A stretch of 62,939 bases of DNA, the filler included, from Phoronis australis (taxonomy: Eukaryota; Animalia; Phoronida), in the NCBI GenBank assembly GCA_002633005.1. It is 7 parts of 7 records of this genome, joined end to end, with 100 filler letters (N's around TTAATTAATTAA, not from the genome) between each part and the next. Parts side by side here need not be neighbours in the genome. Positions count along the whole stretch, not along the records: positions 24,863 to 51,572 come from NMRA01001326.1; 6 more parts are not named here. The stretch is one strand, 5' to 3'. Within the stretch, counting starts at the first letter, position 1. Each line of letters starts with the position of its first letter. The notes below the pieces were generated by a model. It worked only from the letters and a program-made list of their open reading frames with translations, ran no database searches and had not been told where the DNA came from. The position numbers and the translations under genes were made by a program. This document shows, piece by piece, positions 24,863 to 37,100 of the stretch.

Positions 24863-27345
24863 ATTTACCAATGAACTCAGACAACGGTAGCCTCTTCTAC
24901 GTGTCTCTAGAAAGTTAACAACCATTTTTTGCGGCTCAGCACAGTGTGGTTTTCTTTGCAGGTTTACTTGGTCCGGTCTCAGTGTCAACCGGCGTCCGGA
25001 CCGAGTGCGCTGTGACGTCATCAATCTCGGAGGTAGTTTACTAGGAGCCTCGAAACGAGGTAATTGCACTAGAGGCAATATGAAAAGGAATTCATTTGAT
25101 ATTTACCCATTACCTACAAAAATATCACATCTTCTACGTGTTTCCCCAAACGGTTATCAACAAATTTTACCGCTCAATACACTGTAGTTTCCTGGCAGGT
25201 TTACTAGTCCGGCCGGGGGTATATCAACGGCCAAATGAGACCGGGTCACCCGTCATCAAACTTGCGGAATCGGAATATTTAACTTTTTCTTCAAATAACG
25301 CATTTTATGTTTTACTTTCGTTGGCTATAGAATCGTTATTCGTGCTTTTCAATGTTAAAAAACTATTGCGTTTCTTTTATCCGGTTCACAATGTTTCTGC
25401 ACTAATTCACTGTTTTCTTAAGTATTCCTACTGATTTTTGCATTTCCATTTGTTTATCTTGTACAGGGGACCTTCTTATTAGCGGTCTCTCTCTCTCTCT
25501 CTCTCTCTCTCNNNNNNNNNNNNNNNNNNNNNNNNNNNNNNNNNNNNNNNNNNNNNNNNNNNNNNNNNNNNNNNNNNNNNNNNNNNNNNNNNNNNNNNNN
25601 NNNNNNNNNNNNNNNNNNNNNNNNNNNNNNNNNNNNNNNNNNNNNNNNNNNNNNNNNNNNNNNNNNNNNNNNNNNNNNNNNNNNNNNNNNNNNNNNNNNN
25701 NNNNNNNNNNNNNNNNNNNNNNNNNNNNNNNNNNNNNNNNNNNNNNNNNNNNNNNNNNNNNNNNNNNNNNNNNNNNNNNNNNNNNNNNNNNNNNNNNNNN
25801 NNNNNNNNNNNNNNNNNNNNNNNNNNNNNNNNNNNNNNNNNNNNNNNNNNNNNNNNNNNNNNNNNNNNNNNNNNNNNNNNNNNNNNNNNNNNNNNNNNNN
25901 NNNNNNNNNNNNNNNNNNNNNNNNNNNNNNNNNNNNNNNNNNNNNNNNNNNNNNNNNNNNNNNNNNNNNNNNNNNNNCTCTCTCTCTCTCTCTGTCTCTC
26001 TTTCTCTCTCTGTCTCTCTCTCATTGGGCCGTGACCACCCGCCGCCGTTAGTTCTTCACTTTTCCTTCAAACACCGCTTTTTCTATTCGCATTGTCCATG
26101 TCTAGAATAGTTGATCATGCTGTTTACTGAACAAAAACAATTACGTTTTTGTATTGTTCACTTGGCTTGACACCACGAATATCAGTTGGCACCGCCTTGG
26201 CCACTCCTAAGACAACGGTTTTTCGACGTACGTTTTGAAAATTTTCAGTGGCAAATTTTTCATCTATATTTGTAATTACTGAACGTTGACAAGTTGATGT
26301 TGATTTCACATAACACTTTCCCACTCTATTTGAAGTTCAGAAAACATAAATCTTTAAATTCGTTTTAAGTTTTAGGCTTTTGCTGACCGTGAGGTCCACT
26401 GACGACAAAATTGATGTCCATGAAACGTAATTAATTTAATTTGTACTCAGCAGGTCCAAAAAACCTTCTACTTGTGTCTAGAAAGTTGTCAGCCAATTTT
26501 TACTTTTCGATACACGTACTGTAGTTTTGCTTACAGGTTTACCTGGTCCGGTCTTGTCACCTGCCGCACCGAGTGCGCTTTGACGTCATCAAGCTTGTGG
26601 AATCACAGTGAGTATTTCATAACTTCTTTCACTTTTTCTTCAAAGGCCGTTCTTTTCTTCTGTTCACATATTCAATTTCACTGTTCAAGAACAGTACGTC
26701 TTCTTGTCACCGTTCACTTTGCTTGACAGGCCACGACTCGGTTTTAATTTGCGCCGCCGGGACCACGCAATTCATTGGCAACGGCCTTTCGATGTTTTAA
26801 AAATTCTCAGGGGCAAAAGTATCACATATTTGTAATTACTGATCGTTGGAAACTTCATGCCGATTTCCCGGAATGCAGTCTTGCGTCTCAAAACAGTTTC
26901 TTTTGGTCTGCCTACCAGGAGTCGCGCTTAACGCCAATGAATTCGTTTGACATGTAACCAGTAGCTCGAACAAAGTCATAACATCTTCTACGTGCCTCTT
27001 GAAAGTTATCAAACATTTTAACGGCTCGAATACACTGTAGTTTTCCTTGCAGGTTTACTTGGCCCGGCCACGTCGCTTGCCCGACCGAGTGCGCTGTGAC
27101 GTCATCAAACTCGCAGGAGGTCCAGACGACATAAGCCTACTTGACGACAATGAAAATTAATTAATTTCAATTGACATGCACCCAGCTTCTTCAACAATAC
27201 CTTCGAATTTTCTACGAGTCTCTAGAAAGTTACCAATCAATTTTTACTGCTCAATACACTATAGTTTTCCTTGCACGTTTACTTGGTCCCGTCTGTAAAC
27301 GGCGTATTGCTAGACAGTTATCAACCAATTTTGAAGACTCAATAT
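24863..27345 (-). repeat. Left array of hairpin/CRE-containing satellite-like repeat (inverted relative to 47920-51450)
   Basis: Recurrent GGTTTACTTGGTCCGG...CCGGACCGAGTGCGCTGTGACGTCATC (near 24960, 25200, 26535, 27050, 27280), interrupted by (CT)n and a gap. 24863-25500 is a near-identical reverse complement of 48145-48786. Confidence 0.85.
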
Positions 27346-28964
27346 ACTGATTTATGTAATTGTCTGTCCTGTTCCTAATTTCATTCAATTTTACATTATC
27401 GACCTCCACAAGCAGTCGTTTTGCCTAAGATTACTTATTAGTCAACTTAAAGTACTCTTCTTTTTTGTGTGATCCTATGCAGTCAGTATTTTCATTGTCA
27501 CTTTATTGTATGATTTTGAGAATTTACAACTAAAAAGTATTATCTCGCCCTGTTTAGCAGAATCAAAAACGAAAATCAAACTTTTCACTGTCATGAAATC
27601 CGTTATGCTGTCACCTAACATTCCTTATGTGATGCCAGTCCCTTTCCGTTACCATCTCGGGCCACGAGCAGAGAGGACACCTGACATTTCAACATCCTAT
27701 TTTAGAGTTGGACAATTCAAATAAGCGTGGGAAGACTTTCATAAACCACAAATGTTTTTGTTGTTCCGGTTCGTAACGGAAATCAGTAACAGTAAGAACT
27801 GTTAAGAGACCCATTTTAGCAAAAACCTAACTCCGTTTTCGAATTGGTCTTGAGGGAGATGAAAGGCTATAGAGATTACTACACAGTCAAACTTTATTTT
27901 TTCATTGATCCAAACATTAAAACAATACTTCAGAAAACACAGCAAAATTTAAAAAGTAATAATACTCAAGCAATGCAATGTTATCAAGAAAATGCAAATA
28001 AAATTACATGCAATTCAGCAATAAAATCACACATTAATGAAATATAAGAAAATATAGTGTAAGGCACGAAAAGATTGCAGGCCAGTGTAGCAAGAAACAG
28101 TCCAGCAAGCATATGACGACTGTACCCAGTCGCTTATTGTCTGATAGTAGATTGCGACACCAAAAAAATCCAGACGTGTTATCAACGTTGGAAATCTGAA
28201 GTCGTCCCCAAGTTACTTAGAGGCCGCAACTTTAACAGACATCGCTACAACGTTATTGTCTACTGTACATAATCGCTCAACGTCTGAATTTCTAAGTCGC
28301 ATCATGTTACTTTGTAATACAACAATTCCAAAGTAATTTCATCGTCTAGTGATTTGATAACAAATATATCATTACATGTGATCTCGATCCTGACAACTTC
28401 AGAAATCCGCTTCTACTGTTCAGGAAGTGCCATTCGGAGTACCCTCCTCCATGGCTTCAGGTTGTTTCAAGAAACGTTTTTAGTCTCATGAGATCATGCA
28501 AAATTTAAAACATTCGCCAATAATTAAAAAAGGATTCCATAATATCCAAAAAAACAAAGTGAAGAAGAAAGGCATTAGTTTCAGTGAAAAATAACAATGC
28601 ACTTTAAATGTTTCTAAAATTATACAGGCAGAATATTCTCAACCACACAAAATTCGAATAAACCTTCTCAGGGCCCATTTAAGACCACTTTTGCATATCC
28701 AGCACAAAATAATATGGAAATGTGATTAGACATAACTATTATCTCGTACTGACAAAAGTTGACCCTTGCTTTTACGGCACACATTTTTGATATCCAAATC
28801 ATTTAAAACGCTCCGTTGGAGCACATAGAACACCATACATTCCGACGAAAAACAAATGTCCTCTCCGTCTGTGTTGTAATGTCCGAAAATAAGGCACACA
28901 CTAGGAGTATAACTGCCATGAAATTCAAAGACCGAAGTGTCCACTTTCAGTTCTGAAAAAACAA

Positions 28965-29385
28965 CAAAAAATCGTTGATTCTTGGTGAAGGGGAACTCAT
29001 ACAAAAATCGTTGATTATTGGTGCAGGGGAACTCATCAAAGCTAGTGTGAAATTGACTTTAAAACCCTTATTTACCAGCCTCACGTTACGAGTATCAACT
29101 CTTTCAGTTTTACAATAATACTTCCTTGACATAATCCCCCCAAGATCAAAATCGTAAATTTATCGTTGCAAGTTCGTGTTTCATTGTTCAAATTACATTG
29201 GCTCGACAAGAGATGACGAAGTCTTCGACGGCGTCTACGGCCAAAAAAGTTTGCCGACCACTGCTGTAATGTGTTTATGAGATAACATTACAGTAGTCTC
29301 CCGAATCTTAAAATCCAAAGGCATGAACCCAATTAAAAATCCAAAGGCATGAACCCAATTATAAATCCAAAGGCATGAACCAAAA
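28965..29385. repeat. Two short tandem duplications
   Basis: acaaaaatcgttgattNttggtgNaggggaactcat x2 (about 28965-29037) and aaatccaaaggcatgaacccaatt x3 (about 29310-29382). Confidence 0.75.
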
Positions 29386-30000
29386 GGCGAATAAGATTTA
29401 CGTGGGGCAATCTGTCCGTAAAGGGGCACATACATTGCGCAACTTGGTGTATGCAATATATGTCAATGAAGTGTTAAATGCAACGGAATTCAGCTAAGTG
29501 TTTACATTACCGATAACTTATAAACAATTGGCCATTACACGTTTATGTTACTTTGACAGAGCTGCAAATAAAATATTTTAAAAGTATCAATCTCTTGTGT
29601 TTCTCTTGCTATAAGAAATCCAATGTTACATCACTTCGATTTCTAAGTGGGATAAGATATCAACGTTGTTCGCCACAATGATTTCTAAAGGGGTTTGTTT
29701 TTTAATAAAATACCGCTATTATTTTTGTGAACATGTATAGTTTCATCTAAAAACTACATAAAACAAAAAGGACATTTTGGAAAACGGATTTTGAGATTTG
29801 TACTGGAATATTTATGTGAAATAATGCTTTATCTTTCATGAAACATCGTTTTTTCTTCCAAATTTTAATAAAAAACATGGTCATGTGAAGACAGCTTTTT
29901 GTTAAGTAATAGAAATTTAAATCTTACAATCTTTCTGGTGACGGGAAAACTACCATGACAACACATGTGCCACATTGAGGGGAAATTTTTTCAAAATTCA

Positions 30001-30121
30001 CTATAAAAAGCGCCCGCATGCTGCAAGCGCTCACGACCACTATGCGCATGCGCGCAAAAAGAGTCACGTGTTCTTGATTCCTGGTTGTGCAGACGATCAC
30101 AACCCATTTCAATACGTAAGT
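30001..30121 (+). promoter_or_regulatory. Candidate promoter and non-coding first exon of the integrase-Ulp1-PHD gene
   Basis: TATAAAA (30002-30008), NRF1-type TGCGCATGCGC (30043-30053), E-box GTCACGTG (30063-30070), then a consensus donor |GTAAGT at 30116 that could join the acceptor at 31124 just before the ATG. Confidence 0.4.
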
Positions 30122-30208
30122 CTTTGAAATCACCATTTATTATATACCCTAATACGTTAATTAGCCTATAGTCAAACCATTTGGTTTTCTGGGCCAATAT
30201 TTTATTTT

Positions 30209-30363
30209 CAGAGGCGGATTTTGAGTTGGGCCAAGGGGACATGCCCTAAAAATTCTACCAGATTCCATTTGACAGTTCGGGCATGCGAATGACTGGTGGG
30301 TAAAATCCTGGCTAATTCTATGCCCCGGCCCACCCTTAACTCAAAATCCTGGATCCGCCCCTG
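30209..30363. mobile_element. Short CAG..CTG MITE (family shared with 15446-15530)
   Basis: TIRs CAGAGGCGGAT...ATCCGCCCCTG. Confidence 0.65.
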
Positions 30364-30530
30364 ATAACCCAAACATTTTGTTGTGAAAGTCGACATTGTC
30401 ATATCACAACACCCTACATTTGACAGTGGCAAAACATCAAGTGAACGCTAATATGTTCCTGTATCACTTGAAAACCTGTTTCTGCATCACATGTTACATA
30501 CCCAGTATTAATTTCTCCAGGTACTTAGAA

Positions 30531-31052
30531 CAGGCTTTCAAGTAGTTTTAGGCAAAAAAAGTAGGAGAAGTAGAACTGTGAAGTGAAAAGTAGAAACAAG
30601 AGCAGGCGTTTAGGAGTAGTTTTATTTTGCTCATGTGGCAGGCAGTCTCACCGGTAAATTCTTGTGACTTTCAGTAGGGGTCAAACTTTCAGCTGTTAAA
30701 TGGCCGTTACTGAACCGATTTTAACGATATTTATGTCAAACTGTTTGCTACAAAATTCTGCTTTCAACCCTGAGTGTACATTTTATTTTTTTTTGACAAA
30801 ATTATGAGAAAATGTACTTTTTTTAATTTACTGCCTCGCCACTCTCTCACCTGGAAAAATCCTGAAAGTGTACACTCAATGTCATAATCACTTCTTTTGT
30901 ACCCCAAGGGATAAGAACGCCCTAAAAATCTAAACATTAACGGAAATCTTACAGCAATGAGAAAAAAAGCAGGAAAGGTTACGTAGAAAATATTAGGAAT
31001 TTTAGAAAAAAGTAGGAACAGGCCAAAAAAGTAGGAAAAGTCTGAAAGCCTG
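30531..31052. mobile_element. MITE with CAGGCTTTCA termini
   Basis: 10-bp TIRs CAGGCTTTCA/TGAAAGCCTG and repeated AAAAGTAGGA subterminal motifs at both ends. Confidence 0.55.
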
Positions 31053-31125
31053 TTACAACTCGAAAATAAGCATCATTTTACGTTTTAAAATGAAACTTCA
31101 TTGCACAAATTTAATTCATTACAGC

Positions 31126-34100
31126 ATGACCAGAGACGATTTTGATGACTTCTGTAAAGGAGCATTTAAAAAAAAAAATTCAATTGTGATCACCTTGAGC
31201 AAGTATGACCAGATCATTGAAAGTCTATCTTCATCCAAGGACGAAAGTGGAAAAAAAGTCACTACAAAAAAACGTTACTTTGCAAAGAAACAGCCAGATG
31301 GCAGAATTGTACTGTATATTGATCAAAATCTCCAGGTAAGTATATGACAAACCAGTAACCTCTTTGTCATGACCATAAATCATTTTCTTTTTCTTGTATC
31401 TTGTGACACTGGTTCTCGTTTTTTTAATGTCATAGAAATGGACCTTAGATGCCACAGAATGCGTTAAACCCATACATATCCTGAAGGTGGCACTGTATCT
31501 GTAATATACAACCTCGGTTGTCGTTTCCTTTTGTTTACGAGTCAGTCAATATGCCGCACTATGGCTGCGTACCGGGATGTACTCATTATGGCTCAAAGCC
31601 TGTAAGCAGCCCTGCTGCGATGTTGAGCAGTGGGATTGAATACAAGCTCCGTTCCACACCCAGTGAAGAGGACAGTTTGTCGTTCAATGAACAGATCGGT
31701 GATCAAAATTTTGATAAGTTTATTGTGGACTTGGCTATAGTGGAGCGATTTCGAAGGTGCCAAGGGTGTGGTGAGGTAGTCACAAGGCGGGGTGTAAGCA
31801 GTTTGTGTGTTCAGGTAACTATCAGTGGGAATGCGTCCCGGGACACTTGGGCAATTGGGACAGTTGTTCCTCTGTCCGTGAGAAGATGAGTTCATCCCAG
31901 TACGCAGCAACAGTGTGGCATGTTGACTGACTCTTAAACAAAAGCACATGATGATCAAACTAATCACAACCGAGATGGAACAATGACTGACTTGGCAGCT
32001 CTAACAGTCAGACGAAAAGAAATTGGCAAGGAATTCTTGCCTTCCAAAATGTCACTTCCCAGAGTTGAGAGCGAATAATTAATTAAATTACGAAAAGCTG
32101 TAACTAAGTGGAGAATATGTCTGGGATAACCAAAGAACCTTATTTTTGCTAAAAAAGACATGAAAAAAGGTTGCCTTTACCTTTAAGGTACAGAGGCATA
32201 CATAAAAACAATTGGCAATAGGGGTACAGCTAGTCTGATTGGTCTGAAACTCATAGTCATCTGCCATCTCTATAAGAACCAATCTGGTAAATTTCACAAA
32301 GATACTTCAAAGGGTTAAGGAGATACAGCCTTAGAAGAAAAACATAACCTAGACATCTTAAGACATTTTATACACTTCAATAGCCCATTCAGCTTTTGCA
32401 TTTTATATGACTATGTCCATAACAGATATGATTTTCCAGACTAGGGATGATGGTAGGATTTTCAAAACTATAATTTTTTATAAACTAACTTATTTACACA
32501 TATTCCCATCATCTGTGTCTGGTGCCTTACCACCTGAAGTTGTACCTCCTAAACCCCTAACTGGATCTTAATTTGAGTTGGCACAGGTGTTCCTATTAAA
32601 CTATAGAACAACTGCTAATATTGTGGCTCAACCAGTATAATATGCTTTACACTTTCTTTCAGGGCTCGCCAATGAAAGAAGTGATACCCATTGAAAGATT
32701 TTTTGAAACAATAAACGAAGTACACCAAAGCTTGGGCCATGGTGGATACCATAACTTGTATAAAGAGGTATTAACTTGTAATTACAATTCTCTAATGGAA
32801 TGAAAATTGGTATGCACTGTGTCTACTGTAAAGACAGTCAGATGTCTATCCTTATAGAAAAACATACCGTTCACCTACGAGACTGGAAACTTTATGGGAT
32901 TTCAGGGGGAAAAGAAACAGGTTGCAATAAAATGTGATAGCACACAGTTCTATAGAATGGCACATTTTAAGCAACATTTCATTAATTGGCCACAGCAAAG
33001 TTTTCAGAGTCGTGCTGCATGCAACCATAAGAGTAGAGCGAATATCTATGGACTGAGTGCTGAGAACTTACAGATAATCAGTGTTACATTTGCTCATCAT
33101 CAAATGCACATAACAGATTATAACAACACACAATCTTCTTTTCAGATCAGTCACTTATACCACGGTATCCCGAGAAAAGCAGTTCAGCATTTTGTTAACA
33201 TGTGTGATGTCTGTCAGTTATCTCGCAACCAAAAGACACAGGCTCCACTCAAACCAATAGTAGCATCAGGGTTCAACAAGCGCTGCCAGGTATGCATTTT
33301 CTGTACTAAGAAACGTGAATCCGTTTATCTGTGAATAACCCATCTAGGGAACATGCACAACAAGGTCGAGTTACAGAGAAATTGCAAGAAAGTTGAGAGA
33401 ATACCAGCTTCACACCAAACAGTGTTCACAAAAAATTTTAACTTAAAAGTGTTGATCATTATCTAGTCTTATAAATTTTAAAATGCCACAGATACAACAG
33501 TAGATTCAATTTTAAGTGCAGACAGGAAACTTGTATACATTTGAACTATAAGAACAAATTGAACAGTTGGCGTGATCCCAATATTGTAGATGTATATATT
33601 AGTTATGGACATTGTGTTAATAGAAAAAGTACATTACTCACAAGTAAGACAAGCCAAACGTGGAGCATTGAAACGAGCCCACAAATGCACCGCAAACGGT
33701 GTGCTTCTAGGGTTGTTTATTTTTATCGTAAAATTGACCACTAGATTGCACAAAAAACGTCCAATCTATCCGAAAATGGGTACATGACATCGTTTCTTTA
33801 ATAGAAAGCTGTTTACAAACAATTCATGAAAATCTGCCCAAGAACTTCAGAGAAACGAAGGAAAACAGAATAAAATGAAATTGCCACTACAGGGCACAGT
33901 GTTCATTGCAGACAGCCTAAAAGATGTCGTCAGAGTCTGTTGTTTGCTACATAATATTACATGTACATTTCATAAAGATCATGCAGCGGTTTTCGGAGAT
34001 ACAGCCATGGACTCAAAAATAAAAACAAAACTGCCACAAGGAAAGGGATGGACACCAAAAACAGACTCGAAAACAGCAAAAATGGCCACTAGGTGGTGCA

Positions 34101-37100
34101 AACTACGTCGTGTACACACAAAAATAAAAGGATAACATCTCAACAATAATGCCTATATTCCAAATTTTATGAAAATCTGTTAAGAACCTTTGAAGATACA
34201 GCATAAAAAGATGAAATTGCCACATAAGGGAGACACCGGTAGTCGGCTGAATAGGAACACATCTGCCAATTCTCATCTAGATTATGTTAGGGCTTTAGGA
34301 GATACGGCTGCGGAAGCCGGACACCCAGGCACATGACGGCAATATGTGCTCACATATGAATATGTGAGCGCATAAATAAGTGAATTCTTAACCATCCAAC
34401 ATTGGTGCTGTGACAGAATTCACTGAGCCAAAACAAATCTAAGAAATACATGAGAAAATTGATTATTTGAACAGATATCATACAATAATTCTTTGATATT
34501 TGATTTACTCACCAGGTGGATCTTATTGATATGAAAAGCGAATCAACTGCTGATGGCTACAGTTACATCCTTCATTACATGGACTGCTTCACTAAATACC
34601 ATATCCTAAGTCCACTAAAACATAAAAGCCAGGATGAGGTTGCCGCAGCTTTAGAGTGTCGTGTGTTCCCATATTGGGGAACACCAAATATTCTGCAGTC
34701 AGATAATGGAAAGGAATTTGTAAATTCCGTTGTGAAGAATCTACTTCACAAGTGGAGTGGTAAGATTATGCCAGCTGTTTCTTTATCACTTAGCACTTTA
34801 TTGAAACATCAACATAGGACTATTTTTAACTTACTAATCAGTTTTTTTCAAACTTGCACTCACGCATGCAGCAAGGAATGAATAGTATAACAGAAATCAT
34901 TATGTTGGAATCCAACCAATTGCTCTTCACATTCCATTCATTCAATGCACAAGTTACAAGACTAGTTTCCATTATGTTTGTCGTTGCTGTTACTAATTCA
35001 TAATGATTAAATTAATGCATGCAGATTGTTGAACATTGAAAAAGTTAAAGTGACCGTCAATAGCTACTTTTCAACAAGTAAAATGGAGTTGGACATAATT
35101 GATTTCCAAATACATTATACAACGAACAAATATTTCCAGGTGACCCAAAAAAGAATATTGTTACGGGTCGACCCCGACATCCTCAGAGTCAGGGCTTGGT
35201 TGAGAGGTACAATGCAGAGGTAAAAAAACAACTGCGCATAATGAAGACAGAAAACCCGGATAAAGACTGGGTTTCATGCTTGCCAAGAGTGATGTGTGAG
35301 TAACAAAATAAATAACTGTGACATAGAACCTTAAAAATTGCTTTGGAAAATAGTATGACAAACTTTTTATATAATTGACATGAAACTTTGACATACTAAC
35401 TACAATTCATGCACTATTCTCAGGAGTTTTAGGAATTGAAACCACTGCACATGGAAGACTATCAAGTATAGCAATTGTATAATTTTTATGTAAATGTTGA
35501 AAAGTTGGACAATTATTATAGTCAAGGTGTTTATAGGTACTCGTGCAAATTGAACAATCTCAAATTTGTAAAGCACATGCAAATGACTGAGTTCTTGCTG
35601 TTTGGTTGTACATGGTTATATTTATGTAATCTGGTGATATATCCATGTCATTTTTAACGTAATGCGTATTATGTTGCAGTTGATCTGAACAGAGTGGTGA
35701 GCAAATCTATTAAAGTGTCCCCATATGAGGCCCTCTATGGCCAGCCATATTCTGCATCACTGTTTCCCGGAAACACTCAAGAATTTCTCGATGAAACTGA
35801 AATTACTCATGGTAAGAACTAATAAAATTAAAACATGGACTAATTAATCACATAAGCATGTTGTCTATTTTTTTACAAAAATACATCTCACCATCACAAA
35901 ACAAGCCGTAACAAAAAGTTCAAGAGCTACTGAACAATGCAATCCAGCAGTCTGATAACAGAGACGGTAAGTGGTTTAGATTGGACCATTAACTATTCCG
36001 AGGACAAACTTGATCCAATCTATTAAAAGTGACTCCTGCTGAATCAACACTTTTATGTTTTCACATTCCAAAAAGTATAACTTGCTGTCTAATATTCATT
36101 TATGTTTTGGTACTGTCCTTGCCTTATTTACGTATATCATTTTGCCCAGTTACAAGCTGTGACTGACTCCTTTCAGGACACAATGCAGACATGCAGACAG
36201 ACAAAGGAAGAACAAAGAAACGACTAAGGAATGACAGGGTAATAGATGCCCTTAGACATTGATTAGAAACAACATGTTCAGCCATTAACTTAGTTACAGG
36301 CATTTCTTTAATAATGAGAACTGTGCAAAAGCTTTCATTTGCTGAATAACTTGGAAAGGTGCTGAAAACTCAGATTTAATCTTGGTGTAGAATTGTCACT
36401 CAGGAGTAATTATGATAAAATGACTTCAGAATACATCAGCTACAAAGCAAAACCTGCTGAGTAGACAAAACGTATTTTTCTAAGTTGTGACAGTGCTGTT
36501 AATACACTCGACATTATAGACTTCCCTATGGCATGCTTCACCTTATTTTGGAAATAATTTGTTACAGCTGTCAACAAGCAGTTTACCACTGAGCTCAGAT
36601 GAATCAAATGAGGTAAACATGAATTTTTTATTTCAATTTGATTTTTCCAAAAACATTCCCTGCATTTGTTGTGTTAATATGTACAGGATCAAGATATATG
36701 TAGCCACATTTTTGTCTCTGATATTTGCAGCATTCACATACCACTGTAACAACTTCACAAGTCCAAAGCTCAGAAGACGAGTTCACAGATGTTGAAGAAC
36801 AAGAGGTAAACGAAATAAGACCACATCTAATGCCATTACTCAGAACATTTAGTTCTAAATTATTGATAATCACAACGAAGTTTAATAGGCCATAGTCTAT
36901 TCGACTCTAGGAAGCAAGTGCAAGTGTATTCTTGGGAACTTTCTTGAAATTGACTTTTGAACATCTGTAGATGGGTTTTATGCAAAGTTCCCCTTGCCCC
37001 CAGAAAGTGGCCACAGGGGTGATAGATATGAGAGCTGGAACTATGGCCTATAAGGTTTTCCTCCAAAAATAAATCAAATCTGTATTTTTTTCTTGAAAAT

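Noticed and set aside
32663-35811. LTR retrotransposon (Gypsy) interpretation of the integrase
   Set aside because: Many spliceosomal introns; no gag, RT, RNase H or LTRs.
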